Source: a bacterium (GTDB lineage: Bacteria; Zhuqueibacterota; Zhuqueibacteria; Residuimicrobiales; Krinioviventaceae). Taken from it: a stretch of DNA of 64,000 bases. The notes below the pieces were generated by a model. It was not told the DNA's origin, did no database searches, and saw nothing but the letters and a program-made list of their open reading frames with translations. Each line of letters starts with the position of its first letter. Positions within the stretch are counted from its first letter, which is position 1. The translations under genes were made by a program, and so were the position numbers. The stretch is taken from assembly GCA_963693055.1 (NCBI GenBank), contig OY843751.1, forward strand, positions 6,112,001 to 6,176,000, read 5' to 3'. This document shows positions 1 through 8,205 of this stretch, one piece after another.

Positions 1-1
1 A

Positions 2-355
2 CACATTCAAAGTATGGACTGGCAGCGGGCAAACCATTATAACAGCATTCACTTTTTTTACAAGCATTTGATCTGGCTGCGCAGAAATAATCCCGCATTG
101 ATAGACGGAGAATTCATCCCTCTCTATTCCGATGAATCTACCCTGGTGTTTCTCAGACGCAAAGACAACAATCTGGTGGCGGTGATCGTCAACAAGGGCG
201 CTTCCCGTAATATAAAAATACCTGTTCCTGATGAAATACGCCAAATGGCTCAAGTACTGAAGAACGAGCATGGGCCGTTAAATCAACTGGATCTTACCCG
301 TGATTCTGTTGAAATCCAACTTTATAAAGAAAATACCTGTATATTTTCCGGCTAG
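2..355 (+). CDS. C-terminal part of a GH13 alpha-amylase family protein (neopullulanase/maltodextrin glucosidase-like); gene begins before the window
   Basis: Frame is open from the window edge. MDW...FYKHLIWLRRNNPAL..GEF...LVFLR...VIVN matches the typical GH13 catalytic-domain end plus C-terminal beta domain. Confidence 0.75.
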   Translation, partial: HIQSMDWQRANHYNSIHFFYKHLIWLRRNNPALIDGEFIPLYSDESTLVFLRRKDNNLVAVIVNKGASRNIKIPVPDEIRQMAQVLKNEHGPLNQLDLTRDSVEIQLYKENTCIFSG

Positions 356-466
356 TGCTTTTTTTATCAAACTGAGAATAAATCAAACTAACCAATAGTT
401 AATATTGATTTTAATTCTGATAAACCGTATATTTTCAGGTAGTTTGTCTGTAAAGGAAAAAAACTG

Positions 467-988
467 ATGAAAAAAATATTTTTATTTCTGGTTTTCCTGG
501 TTTCCGGTTTTACCACGGCACAAGACAATCCATTCAAACAACTTGACTTTCTCATCGGGAACTGGCAGGGTACAGACAGTGGTTTTGGGAATGAAACCCC
601 TGTGATACGGTCAGAATTCAACCGGGTTATGAATAATACTTTTATAGAACTTGAAAACAATTCTAAATTCAAACCAACGGATAATAATCACAAGGGAGAA
701 CATCTTACAGATTGGGGCATGGTCAGTTTTGATAAAAGCAGAAAAAAGATCGTTTTCCGCCAGTTTATTAATGAAGGTTTTGTAAATCAATATATACTTG
801 TTGATCCTTTATCAAATGACACATCCCTGGTATTTATGACAGAATCAATTAAAAATTTTATGCCAGGTGGTAAAGCCAGATGGACCATAAACCGTAAATC
901 TGAAAACGCTATTGAAACTATATTTGATGTTTCTTTTCCTGGTAAAGAATACGCCTGTTTCGGTACAAATCAATTAAACAAAAAGTAA
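467..988 (+). CDS. Secreted hypothetical protein (small beta-barrel, LxFLIGxWxG N-terminal motif)
   Basis: Signal peptide MKKIFLFLVFLVSGFTTA; AAGGA RBS upstream. Confidence 0.7.
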   Translation: MKKIFLFLVFLVSGFTTAQDNPFKQLDFLIGNWQGTDSGFGNETPVIRSEFNRVMNNTFIELENNSKFKPTDNNHKGEHLTDWGMVSFDKSRKKIVFRQFINEGFVNQYILVDPLSNDTSLVFMTESIKNFMPGGKARWTINRKSENAIETIFDVSFPGKEYACFGTNQLNKK

Positions 989-1157
989 CTTAACAAATCC
1001 ATAATTTTTAATATTTTTGCAACTGTAAAACATTGCAAAAATATGTTTTGAAACTTGATTTTTGTAAAATATTTCCCCAATATTAAGTATAATATATACA
1101 TACAAATGAATTGTATTAATATTTATAATATTCCTATTAATTATTCGGAGTGTAACT

Positions 1158-2579
1158 ATGAGTGAAGAAAAAAAAGATCAGACTCCTGCAAAATCAGGTG
1201 GTGGTCTTGATCGTCGTGATTTTTTACAGGGTCTGGCAACTGCACCTGTATTAGGTGCATTTGGATTGGCTCTGGGAAATCAAATCAATTTTGACAAAAA
1301 ACAAAAAGAAAAAGTTCTGGCAAACCAAATGGAAGCAGCTGACCTGCCAAAAACAAACGTTGCTTTGCTTGGTGCAGGCTCTCAAGGTCAGGTGTTGATG
1401 AATGCCATGTTGAAACTGCCGTATGTAAACTTTGTTGCAGTTTGTGATATTTGGGAAGAATTTAATCTGATTCGTGCTACCAGAACATTAAAAGCATACA
1501 AACATGATGTACGCAGCTATACCGATTACAAAGAAATGCTGGCAAAAGAAAAAGACAATCTTGACGCCGTTGTTGTAGCTACTCCGGATTTCTGGCATGC
1601 AACACATGCTATTGCCTGCCTTGAAGCCGGATTAGATGTTTACTGTGAAAAAGAAATGTCTAACACCCTTGAAGGCGCTCGCAGCATGGTAGAAGCTGCC
1701 CGCCGTACAGGGAAAAAATTACAGATTGGGCATCAACGCCGCAGCCATCCTCGTTATCGCCATTGTTATGACAAAATTATCTCTGAAGCAGAAATGCTCG
1801 GACGCATTGTTACCGTCAACGGTCAATGGAACCGTTCCGTAACACCTCCACTGGGTTACCCGAAACGCGCTGCCATGCCCAAAGAAAGATTAAAAAAATA
1901 CGGTTTTGAATCCATGGAACAATTCCGCAACTGGCGCTGGTTCAAAGGCCTGGGTGGTGGAGCGATTGTAGATTTGGGTTCTCACCAGATTGATATTTAC
2001 AGCTGGTTCCTGCAAGCCAATCCCAAAGCTGTTATGGCAAGCGGTGGTAATGATTATTATCCTACTGATGTTTGTGAATGGTACGATACAGTAATGGTAG
2101 TATATGAATATGATACTCCCAAAGGTCCTGCCCGTGCATACTATCAGACCCAGACTACTAACGGCAGCCAGGGTTACTATGAAAAATTTATGGGTGACGA
2201 AGGTACCTTGATTATTTCCGAATCCGAGGCCAACAACAAAGGCGCGGTATATCGCGAATCTACAGCTCCGGCATGGGACCAATGGGTAGAAAAAGGTTAT
2301 ATCTCTGCTCCCAAGATCCATACCCCCGGTGCAGAGCCCGATGTTGTACTGGATGTACGTGAAACAGCAACACCCGATGAACACAAAATCCCGGTTGATT
2401 TTAATGATCTGTATCATCGCCCTCACCTGGACAATTTTTTCCAGGCTGTACATGGCCAGGCCGAACTCAACTGCCCGCCTGAAATTGGATACGAAACCGC
2501 AGTTGCAGTTCTCAAAGTAAACGAAGCCATTAAAGCTCAGAAACGATTGGAATTCAAACCAGAAGAATTTCACATCTAA
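1158..2579 (+). CDS. Tat-exported Gfo/Idh/MocA family oxidoreductase
   Basis: DRRDFL twin-arginine motif; GAGSQG Rossmann motif; ATPDFWH, CEK and QIGHQRRS family motifs. Confidence 0.9.
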   Translation: MSEEKKDQTPAKSGGGLDRRDFLQGLATAPVLGAFGLALGNQINFDKKQKEKVLANQMEAADLPKTNVALLGAGSQGQVLMNAMLKLPYVNFVAVCDIWEEFNLIRATRTLKAYKHDVRSYTDYKEMLAKEKDNLDAVVVATPDFWHATHAIACLEAGLDVYCEKEMSNTLEGARSMVEAARRTGKKLQIGHQRRSHPRYRHCYDKIISEAEMLGRIVTVNGQWNRSVTPPLGYPKRAAMPKERLKKYGFESMEQFRNWRWFKGLGGGAIVDLGSHQIDIYSWFLQANPKAVMASGGNDYYPTDVCEWYDTVMVVYEYDTPKGPARAYYQTQTTNGSQGYYEKFMGDEGTLIISESEANNKGAVYRESTAPAWDQWVEKGYISAPKIHTPGAEPDVVLDVRETATPDEHKIPVDFNDLYHRPHLDNFFQAVHGQAELNCPPEIGYETAVAVLKVNEAIKAQKRLEFKPEEFHI

Positions 2580-2628
2580 ATCCTGAAGTCGCGATGAACC
2601 GTATTAAACCGAAAGGAAAATCACAGTA

Positions 2629-3114
2629 ATGAGTTTAGATAAAAATAATAAACTGCAAATGACCGCTCTTACTATTTTAAGAGTTTTGGTCGGCTGGCAT
2701 TTTCTGTATGAAGGAATTGCCAAATTAATGAAAGACGGCTGGTCAGCTGCCGGATATCTGGGACAAGCCAAGGGTGCTTTTGCTCCAATTTTTCATTGGA
2801 TTGCCGATACCCCTGCTGTATTGGATATTGTTAACCAAATGAACATTTGGGGCTTGATTGCAATCGGATTGGGTCTGATCATGGGTGCGTTTACCACAAT
2901 AGCTAGTATTGCGGGTATGATGCTCATTCTATTGTATTATGTATGTAATCCACCATTTACCGGATTATTTTACTCTCTTCCATCTGAAGGTAATTATCTG
3001 ATTGTGAATAAAAACCTGGTAGAATTTGGCGCCTTGTTTGTTCTTGCTGTTACATCCAGTGGAAAATTTTTAGGATTAGATTTAATTATAAGTAAGCTCT
3101 TGAAACGGAAATAA
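2629..3114 (+). CDS. DoxX family membrane protein
   Basis: LRVLVGWHFLYEGIAK and EGNYLIVNKNLVE motifs; four hydrophobic segments. Confidence 0.88.
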   Translation: MSLDKNNKLQMTALTILRVLVGWHFLYEGIAKLMKDGWSAAGYLGQAKGAFAPIFHWIADTPAVLDIVNQMNIWGLIAIGLGLIMGAFTTIASIAGMMLILLYYVCNPPFTGLFYSLPSEGNYLIVNKNLVEFGALFVLAVTSSGKFLGLDLIISKLLKRK

Positions 3115-3142
3115 TCCTTTATTTGCACTGTTTTTAATATTA

Positions 3143-3178
3143 ACGCCCCCTGAAGCTATCACAGGGGGCGTATTTGTT
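3143..3178 (+). terminator. Rho-independent terminator after the Gfo/DoxX operon
   Basis: ACGCCCCCTG...CAGGGGGCGT perfect 10-bp stem followed by a T-rich tract. Confidence 0.75.
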
Positions 3179-3200
3179 TAAACCTGTTTGGAGGGTACTG

Positions 3201-3842
3201 GTGCAATATAATAAAATTATCCAAATTGCTTTATTTACATGTCTGACACATTTATGGGGTCCTTACACTTCCGTTGCCCAATACGGTCATACTGAACTGA
3301 ATATTCAAAACATCCTGTCTCCAATGCAAATCACACCAACTCCACGGAAACAATTTTTATTGGAAAAGCAAGACAATGTACTGCTTGCCAGCAAGATCAT
3401 TGGTGTAGCATCCGGCAGCACACTTGGGGTGTTGAATGTTTACTGGAACCAGAATAACAAATTAAATAAAAAACTTCCCACCTGGAAAAGTGTCTTGTAC
3501 ACTGTTCCGGTGTGCCTGGTGGGCTCTTATGTGGGTTATCAAACATCCGAATGGGCAGCCCAACAATTTATGGATAAAGATTTAAACATGGGTGAATCTC
3601 TGTTTTACGGTGTTGTTTATGGTGCAATTGACGGGGCAGCGGTTCTCTCGTCCAGTTTATTTACGGCATTCATCATTGGTCACTATACCGACACCATTCG
3701 TTTCAACTTTCAAAACCAAAGCTGGATGCCGGTCAAGATTTTGGGTATCTCCCTTGGTGGCGGGTTGGTATATGGTGGTCTCATTGGAGGCGTTGCCGGA
3801 CTTGCAGCTGGACCAACCATTCATTTATATGTTCAGTTCTAA
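3201..3842 (+). CDS. Hypothetical membrane protein (glycine-rich hydrophobic helices)
   Basis: GTG at 3201 preceded by GGAGG; several Gly-rich hydrophobic segments. Confidence 0.6.
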   Translation: MQYNKIIQIALFTCLTHLWGPYTSVAQYGHTELNIQNILSPMQITPTPRKQFLLEKQDNVLLASKIIGVASGSTLGVLNVYWNQNNKLNKKLPTWKSVLYTVPVCLVGSYVGYQTSEWAAQQFMDKDLNMGESLFYGVVYGAIDGAAVLSSSLFTAFIIGHYTDTIRFNFQNQSWMPVKILGISLGGGLVYGGLIGGVAGLAAGPTIHLYVQF

Positions 3843-3929
3843 TTCGGAATCCTTTTCATATATTTATTATTTTATTGACTTTGGTGTTGTATTCGTTAAA
3901 TTTAAATATATATAACTTTGAGGAAAGCA

Positions 3930-4172
3930 ATGTTATTGGAATATATTCAAAAAGCCATGGACTACGCCAGGTATGAAATTCTGGATGATGATCACTCTTA
4001 TTATGGAGAAATTCAAGAGTGTAATGGCGTTTATGCGAATGCAGAATCACTTGAATTATGTAGAAAAGAACTATAGCAGGTTTTGGAAGACTGGTTGATT
4101 TTCAGAATATATAAAAACCTTACCATTCCATCAATTGCGGGTGTAACCATTACTATTAAAAAAGTAGCCTGA
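3930..4172 (+). pseudogene. hicB: HicB family antitoxin interrupted by in-frame TAG at 4074-4076
   Basis: Manual translation MLLEYIQKAMDYARYEILDDDHSYYGEIQECNGVYANAESLELCRKEL*QVLEDWLIFRIYKNLTIPSIAGVTITIKKVA. GAGGA RBS; TGATG overlap with hicA. Not in the ORF track. Confidence 0.85.
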
Positions 4173-4390
4173 TGCCTCCATTCGGACTGGTTAAAAGAAG
4201 AGACATTATCAAATACCTGATTAAATTTGGATTTAAAGAGCCTTATAGCGGTGGAAAGCACCAATTTATGATAAAAGATTCAATAACATTAACCATTCCA
4301 AATCTCCACACTAAAGAAATTGGAAAAGAATTACTGGTCAGAATATTACGCCAAACCGGCATTAGTAAAAAAGTATGGGGAGAATTGTAA
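4172..4390 (+). CDS. hicA: HicA family toxin (mRNA interferase)
   Basis: 72 aa basic protein with GF.EPYSGGKHQFM and LTIPN.H..EIG.ELL..IL.Q.GI motifs. Confidence 0.88.
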   Translation: MPPFGLVKRRDIIKYLIKFGFKEPYSGGKHQFMIKDSITLTIPNLHTKEIGKELLVRILRQTGISKKVWGEL

Positions 4391-4476
4391 TATTTTATAA
4401 AAAAATAACAACTGTTACTTTCCAAATAATTTTAATAGATGTTTATCATTTTGAATACTTTTTAAGGGCTCACATT

Positions 4477-5265
4477 ATGAAAACAAAATTATTATTTTTT
4501 CTTATCTCCTTATTTTTCGTTATTAATTTTTCTTGTCAAAAAGCAGAAACACCGGCAGAACCGCAATGGACCAGCATTTTTAACGGCAAAGACCTGACCG
4601 GCTGGAAAGTAAAGCTGAAAGGTTATGAACTGGGCGTTAACGACAAGAACACCTTTCGCGTTCAAGATGGTGTGCTCAAAGTATCGTACGATGAGTATGA
4701 AACCTTTAACGAGAATTTCGGTCATATCTTTTACAATACATACCTGAGCAATTACCGTGTACGATTTGAGTATCGTTTTGTGGGTGAGCAAACCCCCGGC
4801 GGTCCCGGTTGGGCATATCGCAATAGCGGAATCATGCTGCATGGCCAGAAACCCGAGACAATGGGTATAAATCAAAATTTTCCAGTCTCTATTGAAGCAC
4901 AATTGTTGGGCGGTAACGGCACCGATGACCGCACCACCGGTAACCTCTGTACACCCGGAACCAATGTGGTATTGGGTGGTGAATTGATACTGAACCATTG
5001 TACCAACTCCAGTTCAAAAACCTTTCATGGGGACCAGTGGGTCAAGATGGAATGCGAGGTACACGGAGCAGGGATCATTAAACATTATGTAAACGATGAG
5101 TTGGTATTGCAATATGAGCAGTCTCAATATGATCCCCGGGATGAGGACGCTAAAAAGCTCATCACAAGCGATGATTTAATGATATCCGGTGGATACTTTT
5201 CGCTGCAGGCCGAGAGCCACGGTGTCGAGTTTCGTAATATTGAGATAATGATCCTAGATGAATGA
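4477..5265 (+). CDS. DUF1080 (3-keto-disaccharide hydrolase family) lipoprotein
   Basis: Lipoprotein signal (FSC); IFNGKDLTGW, NSGI, EAQLLG and LQAESHGVEFRNI motifs. Confidence 0.9.
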   Translation: MKTKLLFFLISLFFVINFSCQKAETPAEPQWTSIFNGKDLTGWKVKLKGYELGVNDKNTFRVQDGVLKVSYDEYETFNENFGHIFYNTYLSNYRVRFEYRFVGEQTPGGPGWAYRNSGIMLHGQKPETMGINQNFPVSIEAQLLGGNGTDDRTTGNLCTPGTNVVLGGELILNHCTNSSSKTFHGDQWVKMECEVHGAGIIKHYVNDELVLQYEQSQYDPRDEDAKKLITSDDLMISGGYFSLQAESHGVEFRNIEIMILDE

Positions 5266-5294
5266 CCCCTTATCTTTACTCTATTTATTAATAA

Positions 5295-5329
5295 ACGATC
5301 GTGACAGAATTGAACTCTGTCACGATTGT
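5295..5329. terminator. Stem-loop downstream of the DUF1080 gene (possible terminator)
   Basis: ACGATCGTGACAGA / TCTGTCACGATTGT inverted repeat. Confidence 0.55.
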
Positions 5330-5381
5330 ATCTTCATACTCTCCTAATCTTACTATGTGATAAATAACAGGGATATCTAAA

Positions 5382-6629
5382 TTGAAAAAAAATATAACTT
5401 TTTTTACTGTAATTGTAATCACTTTAGGCTTATTTGACCTTATGGTTGCACAAACTGTATCAAACTCAACATTAATATCCAAAATCCAAAACCACATTCT
5501 GGTTCCGGGTGACTCGCATAAGGGACTTTGGCTCGGTCCGTCAATATTGTACAATCATAATGATCAAGCTCCCGAATTCTGCTTTTTTGTCAATGTAACA
5601 GACCGTCGCGGCGGTGATTCATCACAGGAAGAGTTGTGTTTCATCTCGCATACCCTTCCACAATATACTAATGATTTTAACGACTGGCATACATCCTGGA
5701 AAAAAACGCCTTTCCCGGAAGCATTAAAATCCCGTTCGGATAAAGAGGGATACGACTTTATACCCAGCTTTAACTGGAAGTATCACAAGGCATCCGGTAA
5801 ATGGTTGGGCATTGGTCATCTGCTTCGTCACAAAGATGGCAAGCTTTCAAAGCACCGGAAATATCTCGAGATTACCTGGTCGGTTTACGATCCCGAAACA
5901 GGCAATTTCTCCCCATGGAAATCTTTTCAGGTCGATGTAGATGGCGTGGAAAAACCCTGTGTGGGTTACGGGCAGCGTATTGATCTTGACAATGGGGATA
6001 TCATTTTGCCCCACTCTGTGATCATGACTCCTGAAATTGATAAACCCAAATACTGGTGCAGTTCAACTTTGTTGGGTTTTGATGGAAAAGAACTGACCAT
6101 CAAAAACAGAGGTGAGGTGTTTACCCACAATACCCATGACTATGGATTCGTAGAACCCAGCGGAACCCGCTATAAGGGTTTGAACTATATGACGCTCCGC
6201 GGCAATGACGGTAATGCTCATGTATGCACCAGCAAAGATGGCTTACATTGGAGTGATCCCATTCCTTGGAAATGGGATGATGGCTCTGCCATGCCCACCC
6301 GGCAAACCATGACCAAATTTGTTACTCATAATAAAGCGTTGTACCTGGTCTATACCCGCATAACTCCGGACAACCAGGATGTTTTTCGTAGTCGGGCCCC
6401 GTTGTTCATGGCCCAAATTGATCCTGAAAAACTTTGCCTGCTTCGTTCTACAGAACGTGTCATTTTCGAGAACCGTGGTTTTCCCATTGGCAATTTTAAT
6501 GTGTTTGATTACTCTCCGGATGAAACCTGGATCCGTGTAGCAGAATGGGACCGCACCGGTAAAAATATAGACTGTAACATTCTACTCGCAAGAATTATCT
6601 GGAGTGAAAAAAATACACTTTTACAATAA
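5382..6629 (+). CDS. Secreted sialidase-like/BNR-repeat beta-propeller protein
   Basis: Signal peptide; Asp-box SKDGLHWS; GFVEPS and RAPLFMAQIDP motifs. Confidence 0.7.
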   Translation: MKKNITFFTVIVITLGLFDLMVAQTVSNSTLISKIQNHILVPGDSHKGLWLGPSILYNHNDQAPEFCFFVNVTDRRGGDSSQEELCFISHTLPQYTNDFNDWHTSWKKTPFPEALKSRSDKEGYDFIPSFNWKYHKASGKWLGIGHLLRHKDGKLSKHRKYLEITWSVYDPETGNFSPWKSFQVDVDGVEKPCVGYGQRIDLDNGDIILPHSVIMTPEIDKPKYWCSSTLLGFDGKELTIKNRGEVFTHNTHDYGFVEPSGTRYKGLNYMTLRGNDGNAHVCTSKDGLHWSDPIPWKWDDGSAMPTRQTMTKFVTHNKALYLVYTRITPDNQDVFRSRAPLFMAQIDPEKLCLLRSTERVIFENRGFPIGNFNVFDYSPDETWIRVAEWDRTGKNIDCNILLARIIWSEKNTLLQ

Positions 6630-6655
6630 TAATAAATAGTTTAACAAAACTGATG

Positions 6656-7987
6656 GAGACTGTAAACTTTTTTGTGTAAATGAATAGTAGTGCTATATTT
6701 GGATTTTCATCCTGTCTTTAAATATAATAGAAAATTGAGAAACAACAAAGGCCCAGTTTCTGATGGGCTGCGACCATTTTTTAGCAATATCCCTGTAGGC
6801 CAGAAACAGCATTTTTTTCAACGCATCATCGTGGGGGAACAGAGATTTGGTTTTAGTGACTTTGCGAAGCTGCCGGTGCAGAGCCTCTACACTATTTGTG
6901 GTATAGATCATTCGCCGAATTTCTTCGGGATATTTAAAATAGTTGGACAGGTTGTCCCAGTTTTTTCTCCAGGAATTGATAACAATGGGATATTTGACCC
7001 CCCATTTTTGTTCAAGGCGATCCAGTTGCAGTTCAGCGTTTTCTTTAGTTGTGCTTTGATAAACCAGCTTCAGATCTTTGATAAATTCTTTTTGATGTTT
7101 TGATGCAACATAACGAAGCGAGTTACGGATTTGATGGATGATACAAAGCTGGACTTCAGTATCGGGAAAAATGCTGGCAATAGCATCCGGAAAGCCTTTC
7201 AGCCCATCTACGCATGCAATCAGAATATCTTCAACCCCACGGTTTCGTATATCGGTTAAAACAGACAGCCAGAAATTGGCGCCCTCGGACTGGTCGATCC
7301 AAATACCAAGTAAATCCTTAAAGCCTTCACCATTGATTCCCAGTACAGTATAGGCGGCCTTGTTTATAATACGCCCTTCGTCACGTATCTTATAGTGGAT
7401 AGCATCCAAATAAACAATAGGATAAACGCTATCCAACGGTCTTGACTGCCATTCAACGACAAGCTCGCGTACCCGTTCGGTAACATTGGAAATAAATGTT
7501 GGGGAAGCGTCCAGGCCGTAAAGTGTTTCCAGGTGGTCTTTGATGTCTCTTGTACTCAGACCTTTGGCATATAAGGCAACGATAATTTCATCTATTTTGC
7601 CCAGATCACGCTGGTGCTTTTTGACAAGTACCGGGTCAAATTCTCCATTCCGATCACGGGGGATTTTGATGTCAATTTCACCAAAATCTGTCTTCACTGT
7701 TTTGCTGCTGTGACCGTTTCTACTATTGCCACTGTTATCACCTTCTGAAGAATGTCTCTCATAGCCCAAGTGCTGGGTCATTTCAGCTTCCATAATTTGG
7801 TCTGATATGCCCTTAATCAAATTCTTGACCAGACCATTTTTGCCCAGCAGATCGTCTGCTGTCTTGCAATTTTCAAAATCTTTTTCAAGTTGTTTAATAA
7901 TTTCAGGTGTAAGTTTCATTGGTAAATTCTCCTGTATTTAATAAAATGTAATATTTGTTTTTAAAACACAAGCGAATTTACAGTCCC
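6656..7987 (-). mobile_element. IS256 family insertion sequence
   Basis: Transposase gene bounded by imperfect IRs GAGACTGTAAACTTTTTTGTGT (6656) and, on the minus strand, GGGACTGTAAATTCGCTTGTGT (7987). No target duplication seen. A third IR copy ends at 8082. Confidence 0.85.
6693..7919 (-). CDS. IS256 family (Mutator-like) DDE transposase
   Basis: NSRNG, PRDRNGEF, YLDAI, DGLKGF, QLCIIHQIRNS and IYTTNSVE motifs. Confidence 0.97.
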   Translation of the reverse strand: MKLTPEIIKQLEKDFENCKTADDLLGKNGLVKNLIKGISDQIMEAEMTQHLGYERHSSEGDNSGNSRNGHSSKTVKTDFGEIDIKIPRDRNGEFDPVLVKKHQRDLGKIDEIIVALYAKGLSTRDIKDHLETLYGLDASPTFISNVTERVRELVVEWQSRPLDSVYPIVYLDAIHYKIRDEGRIINKAAYTVLGINGEGFKDLLGIWIDQSEGANFWLSVLTDIRNRGVEDILIACVDGLKGFPDAIASIFPDTEVQLCIIHQIRNSLRYVASKHQKEFIKDLKLVYQSTTKENAELQLDRLEQKWGVKYPIVINSWRKNWDNLSNYFKYPEEIRRMIYTTNSVEALHRQLRKVTKTKSLFPHDDALKKMLFLAYRDIAKKWSQPIRNWAFVVSQFSIIFKDRMKIQI

Positions 7988-8205
7988 TTGGAAAAGTGTG
8001 TGCAAATCAAAACTCGAAATTCAATAACCCTACGGGTTATTGAACCCTTGTTCATGATTTACACAAAAATCTTTACACTTCCTTTAAGAACATTATGCTA
8101 ACGGGAATGAGATTATGGCAAGAGTACATAACTCCAAAAGTAGAGCAAAGTTAGTAAGGAAGGCATATCATTTGGGCTTTAACCAGCATCCCGTGGAAAT
8201 GAATC

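Noticed and set aside
1890-2573. Long antisense or alternate-frame ORFs (also 15626-16270, 14576-15115, 34910-35407 and many others)
   Set aside because: They lie within well-supported genes and show no recognisable motifs; treated as shadow ORFs.
4074-4076. Pyrrolysine or genetic-code reassignment at the hicB TAG
   Set aside because: TAG ends several normal genes here (e.g. 355, 43865, 60833) and there are no pyl genes; a nonsense mutation or error is simpler.
6640-8095. Target-site duplication for the IS256 element
   Set aside because: No matching 8-9 bp direct repeat found for either candidate outer end.
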